Source: an uncultured Chloroflexia bacterium
GTDB lineage: Bacteria; Chloroflexota; Limnocylindria; Limnocylindrales; CSP1-4
DNA length: 64,000 nt
Assembly (NCBI GenBank): GCA_963712745.1
Contig: CAVQJC010000010.1
Location: forward strand, 32,001-96,000
Reading direction: 5' to 3'
Shown: piece after piece, positions 56,974 through 64,000 of the stretch
Numbering within the stretch: the stretch's first letter is position 1
Layout of the letters: every line of letters starts with the position of its first letter
Made by a program: the position numbers and the translations under genes
The notes under the pieces: model-generated
The model's database searches: none
What the model was told of the DNA's origin: nothing
Seen by the model: the letters and a program-made list of their open reading frames with translations, nothing else

Positions 56974-58482
56974 CTACTCGGCGCTACCGTCGCCCAACAG
57001 CGTGACCAGGCGCTCCGCGATGACGTAGGAGCGCCCGCCGCCCATGGCCAGCACCACGTCGCCCTGCTGCACCTGCTCAGCGAGGTAGTCGGCCGTGCTC
57101 TCCGGACTGCCGGGCGCCGATACCTCCTGGCCGGAGATGCGGGCGACGGCCGCAGCCAGCTCGGCCGCACTCGCGATGGTGGTGTCCGGATCTCGTCCGG
57201 CCCAGATGTCGGCGATGACGACGTGGTCGGCCATGGCGAGCGCCTCGGCCAGGTCGTCGAGCATGGCGGCGGCGCGATGGTAGGTCAGCGGCTCGTGGGC
57301 GAGCCACAGGGTACGGCCGGGATACCGACTGCGGACGGCCTCGACGGTGGCACGGATGGCCGTCGGGTGATGCCCGTAGTCATCGATGACGAGCACACCC
57401 CGCGGCTCACCCTTGACCTCGAAGCGGCGGCCGACGCCCTCGAAGGATGCCAGCCCATCGGCGATGTCATGTCCGCCCAGGCCGAGCAGCGCGCCTGCCG
57501 CAGCGACGCAGGCGGCGTTGGCTGCGTTGTGCGCACCCGCCAGGCGCAGGGGAGCGGCCACCTGCGTGTCGGGTCCGGGCAGGCCGTCGAGCCACAGGAG
57601 CGTGCCGCTCAGTCGGTATCGGACCTTCGGTGGCTCGATCCCCGGCACGTCGGCCTCAGCCGGCGCCACCCGCACCAGGCGATCGCCCCAGTCGGCCAGT
57701 CGTCCGGCCAGTTCGGCACCTCCGGCATCGCCCACGTTGACCACCACCCGGCGCCCCTCGGAGCCGGGCGCTCGCAACCACGCCTCGAACGTGTCCACCA
57801 CCGCGGATCGGTCGGCGAAGACGTCCGGGTGGTCCCATTCGGCGTTGAGCACGACCGCCACATCGGGCCGGTAGGGGTCGAAGTTGCCGGCGTATTCGTC
57901 CGCCTCGACGACGAACGCATCACCCCTCCCCCAGCGAGCCGTGGCCGGGATGCCGCCGGTCAATCCGGCCGGCAGCAGCGCCCCCACGAAGGCAGCGGGG
58001 TCCCGGCCGGCCGTGGCAAGCATGTGCAGGAGCCAGCCCGCCGAGGTGGACTTGCCGTGCGTGCCGGCCACGGCCACGAGCCGTCCGCCCTGGCTCGCCG
58101 CCGCATCGGCTACGGTCTGCTGCCAGGCCTCGACGGGGATACCCGCCTCGCGTGCAGCCACCAACTCGGGGTGGTCGGGCTGTACCGAGGTCAGCGCCTT
58201 GGTCACAGCCAGCCGTGCCGGGGGTGGCGTGATCGTCACGTGTCCCCTCGAGTGCCGGTCGGCAACGACGATCGAGCGCGCCGTCAACGCCGCGGTGTAG
58301 GGCGAGGGCGCGCCGGGGTCGCAGCCGTCGGGCGCGCCGCCGGCCTCGTGGGCCAGCAAGGCCGCGGCCGAGGCACCCGCGCCGGCTGCACCGATGACGT
58401 GGATCCGCTCACCGGGGGCGATGGGTCGAGCCGGTCGAGCCGGCGCGAGTCCGCGTCCGACGTCGTTCGCGCCGCGAATCAT
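56974..58482 (-). CDS. murC: UDP-N-acetylmuramate--L-alanine ligase
   Basis: VAGTHGKSTS, VVEADEY, N.EWDHPD, GVGRRFE, DDYGHHPT. Confidence 0.9.
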   Translation of the reverse strand: MIRGANDVGRGLAPARPARPIAPGERIHVIGAAGAGASAAALLAHEAGGAPDGCDPGAPSPYTAALTARSIVVADRHSRGHVTITPPPARLAVTKALTSVQPDHPELVAAREAGIPVEAWQQTVADAAASQGGRLVAVAGTHGKSTSAGWLLHMLATAGRDPAAFVGALLPAGLTGGIPATARWGRGDAFVVEADEYAGNFDPYRPDVAVVLNAEWDHPDVFADRSAVVDTFEAWLRAPGSEGRRVVVNVGDAGGAELAGRLADWGDRLVRVAPAEADVPGIEPPKVRYRLSGTLLWLDGLPGPDTQVAAPLRLAGAHNAANAACVAAAGALLGLGGHDIADGLASFEGVGRRFEVKGEPRGVLVIDDYGHHPTAIRATVEAVRSRYPGRTLWLAHEPLTYHRAAAMLDDLAEALAMADHVVIADIWAGRDPDTTIASAAELAAAVARISGQEVSAPGSPESTADYLAEQVQQGDVVLAMGGGRSYVIAERLVTLLGDGSAE

Positions 58483-59030
58483 GTGCCAGCTGGTTCCGGG
58501 GCGAGCCACTCGAGGAGCAGTTCGAGTGCAGCCGCCGCACTCTGCTCCTTGTTCGCCTCACGCTCGCCCTGCCAAAGGTGGCGGCGCACATCGTGGCCCG
58601 CCGGACCGGCCACGGCCACGTAGGTCAGCCCGACGGGCTTCGACTCGGACCCTCCGCCGGGACCCGCGACACCGGTCACGGCCATAGCGTAGTCGCAGCC
58701 GATCCGTTGGCGAGCGCCTTCAGCCATGGCCACGGCCACCTGCGCTGACACCGCACCGTGACGCTCGATGGCCTCAGGGGCCACGCCGAGCAGCCCGGTC
58801 TTGATGGCATCGGCATAGCTGACGATACCTCCGAGGTAGTAGTCGGACGAACCCGCCACCGAGGTGATGGCATGGCCGATCAGCCCTCCGGTACAGGACT
58901 CGGCCGTGCCCACGCTGATGTGTCGCGCGAGCGCGACCTGCTGGAGGCGAGACGCGAGTGCCGTGAGCGGTCGTTGGTCCGACCTGTTCAGTCGACCGTC
59001 TTCGGCTTGTGACCCTGCTTGATCCGCCAT
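58479..59030 (-). CDS. CinA C-terminal / PncC NMN deamidase
   Basis: TAESCTGG, GSSDYY.GG.VSY, GAVS..VA..MA.G, TGVAGPGG, KPVG; start uncertain. Confidence 0.9.
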   Translation of the reverse strand: MADQAGSQAEDGRLNRSDQRPLTALASRLQQVALARHISVGTAESCTGGLIGHAITSVAGSSDYYLGGIVSYADAIKTGLLGVAPEAIERHGAVSAQVAVAMAEGARQRIGCDYAMAVTGVAGPGGGSESKPVGLTYVAVAGPAGHDVRRHLWQGEREANKEQSAAAALELLLEWLAPEPAGT

Positions 59031-60385
59031 TCCTTCGCCACTGCCTTGCTGCCGACCGATCCGTACTCGATGCCATCGACGGTCACCTTCGCGGCCTTGG
59101 CGTTACCGACACGCAGGACGATGTCAGGGTCGACGCGCCACGACCGCTTCTGGCCGGGCGTGAGCAGGACCCGCTCATCGATGACGTCGCCCTCGGGGGT
59201 GGTGATCCGCACGCGCGTCTGCCCACCGACAGCCTCCACCTTGATCGTCATCTTGTCGTTGAGCGACTTGACCGGTACCTGGGCGTACGCCGGGTAGCCG
59301 CCATCGATCGAGGCTGAGACCGAGGCGAACCACTTGCCCTTGGGCACGTAGAACGTGCCCCGGAAGACACCGTTCTCGTCGACCGGCAGGACCTTCTCAG
59401 GCGGCGCCGTCTTCTCGCGGTCGGTCTTGCCCCGCCACTGGAAGCTGATGGTCACGTTGGGCGCATCGCTCGTGCCCACCACGTTCACCTTGCCGTCCTT
59501 GGTCGAGAGGCCGGACACGGGCTCGATGAGGGTCAGTTCAGCCGACGGGATACCGGTGATGTTGGTGTCCTCGACGCCCTCCGGCAGGGCCGGCGCGATG
59601 TCCCCCTGGGGCAGGCTGCCGTCCTCGACGGGAACGCTGACGATAACCTTGAGCGGCGCGGAATCGCGCGCGGTCTCGGGGTCGCGACCCATGATGGTGA
59701 AATGGTTCTCGCCCTTGCTCACCGGCAGGCTCAGGCTCCAGTCACCCCGGCTGTCGGCGGTGTCGGTGCGCACGATGGGCTCCGCTCCGACCGCGTCCGT
59801 GCCGGTGGCGGTGATGGCCGCATTGGGCGTCCCGCTGCCGTCGATGCGCACGAAGTCCATGTCGGGCGGGAGCTGGCGGATGGCCGGGCCAGAGAGCGTG
59901 ATCTCCGGGTTCTGCGTGAATCGGATCAGCTGCAGCCCGACATAGCCGACGAAGGCGAACACGATGGCCGCGAGCACGAGTGCGACGACGAGACCGCTGG
60001 TGAGCTTGAAGCCACGGCTGGGAGTGGTGATGGGCTGGGGCGGCGGCTTGACGCTGGGCACGTCCGCAGAACGCGGCCGGTCGATCTCCTTGTGCCAGCG
60101 CGCGAGCATTTCGTCCGCGTCGAGGCCAAGGTAGGTCGAGTAGTTGCGCAGGAAGCCCTTGGCGTAGACCGGTGCCGGCAGGTCCCCGACATCGCCGCTC
60201 TCGAGCGCCATGAGGTGGCGCGCGCGGATCTTCGTCTCGCGCTCCGCGCGCGCGAGATCGACACCCTTGCGCTGGCGGGCGGTCTGCAGGATCTCACCGA
60301 CATCAGGGGCACGCTGGGTCTCATACGACCACGTGTCCCCACTCGTCGCTCGAGTCCCGGCGCGTGCTTCTTGGCGCGCGGTCAT
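58988..60385 (-). CDS. RodZ-like HTH membrane protein with Ig-like extracellular domains
   Basis: GEIL..AR..KG..L...E..TKIR...L.ALE...YAKGFLRNY...LGL; TM; LRVGNA (DUF4115-like). Confidence 0.85.
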   Translation of the reverse strand: MTARQEARAGTRATSGDTWSYETQRAPDVGEILQTARQRKGVDLARAERETKIRARHLMALESGDVGDLPAPVYAKGFLRNYSTYLGLDADEMLARWHKEIDRPRSADVPSVKPPPQPITTPSRGFKLTSGLVVALVLAAIVFAFVGYVGLQLIRFTQNPEITLSGPAIRQLPPDMDFVRIDGSGTPNAAITATGTDAVGAEPIVRTDTADSRGDWSLSLPVSKGENHFTIMGRDPETARDSAPLKVIVSVPVEDGSLPQGDIAPALPEGVEDTNITGIPSAELTLIEPVSGLSTKDGKVNVVGTSDAPNVTISFQWRGKTDREKTAPPEKVLPVDENGVFRGTFYVPKGKWFASVSASIDGGYPAYAQVPVKSLNDKMTIKVEAVGGQTRVRITTPEGDVIDERVLLTPGQKRSWRVDPDIVLRVGNAKAAKVTVDGIEYGSVGSKAVAKEWRIKQGHKPKTVD

Positions 60386-60507
60386 CCGGCGATGGAGCCC
60401 TCACTCGTACACGGCTTCCGCCACGACCACGGCAGTCGCGACGTTCCGCCAAGTCTACTCGCTCGGGAACCCTCGCGGACGACGAGTTCGGTGAAGAATC
60501 ACCAAGA

Positions 60508-62946
60508 TCAGAGAGCGTCCGCGTCGTCGGGACCCTTGAGCCAGTTCTCGGGTCCGTAGACCGCTCGCGGCACGGCCGGGTTGCGCGGGTCCTGGGGACC
60601 CACGATACCCACCCGCTCGAGTTCGTCGATGATGCGGCTGGCCCGGTTGAAGCCGACCTTCAGCTTGGTCTGCATCATGGAGGTGCTGGCCTTGCCGGTG
60701 AGGACGACCAGCTCCGCAGCGCGCGGCGTGAGCTCGTCCTCTGCCAGCCTGGCCAGCCAGGCGAACTCGCCATTCTCACCGTCGTCGCCGTCGCCGCTGC
60801 CCGAAAGGATATCGGGGTCGTAGGGCGGCTCGGGTTCCTGCTCGCGCCAGAAGTCTGCCACCGCCTTGACCTCGGCATCGGAGACGAAGACGCCCTGGAT
60901 GCGGACAGGTCGCGGCAGGTCCGCGGGCTGGTAGAGCATGTCTCCGCGGCCGATGAGGTCCTCCGCGCCCGGCTGGTCGAGCACGGTGCGGCTGTCCACG
61001 TTCGAGGCCATGGCGAAGGCGATGCGACTGGGCACGTTGGCCTTGATGAGGCCGGTGACCACGTTGACGCTGGGACGCTGCGTAGCCAGCACCAGGTGGA
61101 TGCCCACCGCACGCGCCTTCTGGGCCAGCTTGACGATGGGCTCCTCCACCTTGCGGCCCTCCTGGATCATGAGATCGGCCAGCTCGTCGATCATGAGCAC
61201 GATGTAGGGCATGCGGTCGATGGGGTCGAGCTCGGGCGACGCATTGTAGGAGGCGATGTTGCGCGAGGTGGACTTGGCCAGCTTCTTGTAGCGCTCCTCC
61301 ATCTCGCCCACGGCCCAGGCCAGGGCCGAGCGGGCCTCGTGCGCCTCCATGATCACGTCCGTGAGCAGGTGCGGGATGCGGCCGTACGGCGCCAGCTCGA
61401 CACGCTTGAGGTCGACCAGCACGAACCGCACCTCGGTCGGACGGGCGCGCATGAGGATGCTGGTGACGATGGCGTTGACGCAAACGCTCTTGCCCGAGCC
61501 GGTGGCGCCCGCGATGAGCAGGTGGGGCATGCGCCCGAGGTCCACCGCATAAGGCTTGCCCGAGACGTCCCGGCCGAGCGCGAAGGTCAGGTCGCTGGTG
61601 GCCTCGGACATCTGGGCGTCTTCATAGACGGCGCGGAAGCCGACCATCTCCGAGGCATGGTTGGGGATCTCGATGCCGACCACGTCGCGCCCGGGGATGG
61701 GCGCCTCGATGCGGATACTGCGGGCGGCGAGCGCCATGGCCAGGTCGTCGGCGAGGCCCTCGATGCGGCTGAGCTTGATGCGCGCGTCGGGCCGGACTTC
61801 ATACTGCGTGACCACCGGGCCGGTATTGGTGCCCACGACCGTGGCCGGGATCGCGAAGGAGCGCAGCTTCTCCTCGATGATGCGCACGTTGGTCTCGTGG
61901 TCGTGACGCTCCGCGTCGGCCTTCTCGGTGGCGGGGTCGAGCAGGGTCACGCTGGGCAGCCGCCACTCCTTCTGGTGCAGCCTCAGCCTGGCGACCTCGG
62001 CACGGTCGGGATGGGCGTCGGCCTTCTCGGCGCTCTGGTAGTCGGCCAGGGCCGGCTTCTCGAGGGCCTGCTGGTCCAGGGTCGCCGTCGCGCCGCCGAC
62101 CGCGGTCGCGGTCGCTCCGCGTGGCTTGACCGCGACGGCCGACGCCGGTGCGGCCTCCGCCACCGCCGCCGCAGCAGAGGCAACGTTGTGCTTGCTGCCG
62201 CCGATCCAGACCGTCTGGCTCACCGGTGCCGGCGAGGGCATCGGCTCCGGCAGCTCCGGTGGCGGCTCCGTGGCGGCCCTGGCCCGGCCGTGGGCGGCAC
62301 GGGCCACCGGGATAGCCACGGCCTCGTGCGGTTCGGGCCCGCTTCGCCTGCGCCAGGCCTGGGCAGCGTTGGCGGCGCCGGCCGTGATCATCATCCAGGC
62401 CGCCCGGCCGCCATCGATGAAGGGGGTCACGAAGGCGACCAGCGTGATGTTGAAGAGCAGCAGGATGCCCACCAGCACGATGCCCACGAGGATGACGAAG
62501 GCACCGAGCGGGCTGACCAGGTCGGACAGGGTCGAGGCCAGGGCCTCCCCCAGCGCTCCCCCACCCTGCTCCAGGTCGTTGGCGCTGTCGCCCTTGCCGC
62601 TGAACAGATGGATCAGTCCCTGGCCGCCGACGAAGACGATGAGCCCACCGACCGCCACGGTGATCCAGCTGTAGTCGACGCTCGGCGCCCGCTCCACGAG
62701 TACGCCGGCCACGATGAGCAGGATGCCCAGCAGCCAGGCGCCCTGGCCGAAGAGCGGCCGCAGGAACCCGTCGACGTAGCCGTTGAGCAGTCCACCCCCG
62801 GGCAGGAACAGGGCGATGAGAGTGGTGGCCCCGATCAGGATGAGCGCCACTGCGGCGACCGAGCGAAGCGTCCCCGGCGAGACGCGTGGTGCCTGGTCCT
62901 TCCTTGCGCGGGAACTGCTGCGGGTGCTCTTCTTGCGTTGGGCCAT
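60508..62946 (-). CDS. ftsK: DNA translocase FtsK
   Basis: N-terminal TMs; GPVVTQYE, PHLLIAGATGSGKS, IDELADLM, ATQRPS, gamma domain. Confidence 0.97.
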   Translation of the reverse strand: MAQRKKSTRSSSRARKDQAPRVSPGTLRSVAAVALILIGATTLIALFLPGGGLLNGYVDGFLRPLFGQGAWLLGILLIVAGVLVERAPSVDYSWITVAVGGLIVFVGGQGLIHLFSGKGDSANDLEQGGGALGEALASTLSDLVSPLGAFVILVGIVLVGILLLFNITLVAFVTPFIDGGRAAWMMITAGAANAAQAWRRRSGPEPHEAVAIPVARAAHGRARAATEPPPELPEPMPSPAPVSQTVWIGGSKHNVASAAAAVAEAAPASAVAVKPRGATATAVGGATATLDQQALEKPALADYQSAEKADAHPDRAEVARLRLHQKEWRLPSVTLLDPATEKADAERHDHETNVRIIEEKLRSFAIPATVVGTNTGPVVTQYEVRPDARIKLSRIEGLADDLAMALAARSIRIEAPIPGRDVVGIEIPNHASEMVGFRAVYEDAQMSEATSDLTFALGRDVSGKPYAVDLGRMPHLLIAGATGSGKSVCVNAIVTSILMRARPTEVRFVLVDLKRVELAPYGRIPHLLTDVIMEAHEARSALAWAVGEMEERYKKLAKSTSRNIASYNASPELDPIDRMPYIVLMIDELADLMIQEGRKVEEPIVKLAQKARAVGIHLVLATQRPSVNVVTGLIKANVPSRIAFAMASNVDSRTVLDQPGAEDLIGRGDMLYQPADLPRPVRIQGVFVSDAEVKAVADFWREQEPEPPYDPDILSGSGDGDDGENGEFAWLARLAEDELTPRAAELVVLTGKASTSMMQTKLKVGFNRASRIIDELERVGIVGPQDPRNPAVPRAVYGPENWLKGPDDADAL

Positions 62947-62952
62947 GCGGCG

Positions 62953-64000
62953 CTAGACCTCCACGATGACCGGGAAGACGAGCGGGCGCCGGCGGGTCTG
63001 CTCGTAGAGGTAGTTCGAGAGACCGTCCTTGATCTGGGCCTTGAGCAGGCCAGGCTCGGAGAAATGCTCGCCTGGTCGCTCGATGGACGACGCGATCCGG
63101 AGAGCAGCTCCAGCCACCAGCTTCTCGTCGGCCTTGGACACGAAACCACGGGTCACGACCTCAGGGGCTCCTACCAGCGTGCCGTGCTGCTTGTCCACGG
63201 TAACGACCACGAGGAACATACCGTCCTTGGCCAACGCGCGGCGGTCACGCAGCACGATGTCCCCGACCTCACCGACCGAGACGCCGTCGACGTAGACCTG
63301 ACCGGCCTCCACCCGCTCTCCACGGCGCGCTGAGCCATCGGCGAGGAACTCGATAGGCTGGCCGTTCTCGAGGATGAGGATGTTCTCCGAGTCGACGCCC
63401 ACTTCGGCCGCCAGCCGACCGTGCTGCACCAGCATCCGGAACTCGCCGTGGACCGGGATGATGAACTTGGGCCTGGTCAGGTTGAGCATCAGCTTCAGCT
63501 CCTCCTGGCTGGCGTGACCGGAAACATGGGCCCGCTTGATGGCGTAGTAGTAGACGTTGGCACCGGCCTTGAAGAGGTTGTCGACCGTGCGCGCCACCCC
63601 TTCCTCGTTCCCGGGGATGGGGCTGGCGCTGACGATGACCGTGTCTCCGGGCGTGATCTCGACGAAGCGGTGATCGCGGTTGGCCATACGTGCCAGGCCG
63701 GCCATGGGCTCGCCTTGGGATCCGGTCGTCATGATGGTCAGCTTGTCGTCGGCGATGCCCCTGATCTTGCCCTTGTTGACCAGGCCGGTACTGGGCGGAC
63801 GGAGGTAACCGAGGTCCGCCGCGATACGAGTGTTCTGCTCCATGGAGCGCCCGATGACCGCGACCTGGCGACCGAAGTTCTCCGACGCGTCGAAGACCTG
63901 CTGGACGCGCGCGATGTTGGAGGCGAAGGTGGCCACGATGACGCGACCCTCGAGTCCTTCCATGATGTCGTGGAAAGCCTCGCGGACCGTGCTCTCCGAG
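62953..64000 (-). CDS. rnj: Ribonuclease J (5' part outside the window)
   Basis: FASNIAR, TTGSQGEP, SPIPGNE, HVSGHA, PVHGE. Confidence 0.95.
   Translation of the reverse strand, partial: SESTVREAFHDIMEGLEGRVIVATFASNIARVQQVFDASENFGRQVAVIGRSMEQNTRIAADLGYLRPPSTGLVNKGKIRGIADDKLTIMTTGSQGEPMAGLARMANRDHRFVEITPGDTVIVSASPIPGNEEGVARTVDNLFKAGANVYYYAIKRAHVSGHASQEELKLMLNLTRPKFIIPVHGEFRMLVQHGRLAAEVGVDSENILILENGQPIEFLADGSARRGERVEAGQVYVDGVSVGEVGDIVLRDRRALAKDGMFLVVVTVDKQHGTLVGAPEVVTRGFVSKADEKLVAGAALRIASSIERPGEHFSEPGLLKAQIKDGLSNYLYEQTRRRPLVFPVIVEV

Noticed and set aside
1-64000. KOPS (GGGNAGGG) polarity switch around dif
   Set aside because: By eye there are both supporting and contrary instances; it needs a proper count.

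Overview
GC-rich bacterial chromosomal window. Gene content and order suggest Chloroflexota, possibly Limnocylindria; this is an inference only. There are three zones. (1) 1-3808 is a histidine cluster: hisC-hisD-hisG and a frameshifted TrpR-like (YerC/YecD) regulator, divergent from hisA across a tandem-palindrome operator. (2) About 3900-27600 is an accessory island of secreted and membrane proteins, paralog families, gene fragments and IS110 remnants. It is partitioned by about 17 same-strand copies of an unnamed ~105-bp repeat ('A') ending in a TTGACC-N16-GAGGAT promoter-like motif, plus 3 copies of a related inverted repeat ('B') that shares its core. This gene-cassette-like array is the main candidate novel system; no intact recombinase is present in the window. 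(3) 27700-64000 is core genome: EF-G-like, yebC-ruvCAB-ABC-tgt, recA-recX-rny-ymdB, miaB-miaA-hflX, then yajQ, murC, cinA-like, rodZ-like, ftsK and rnj. These genes converge on a clear Xer dif-like site at 51909-51936. No rRNA, tRNA or CRISPR array was seen. All alignments and counts were made by eye.
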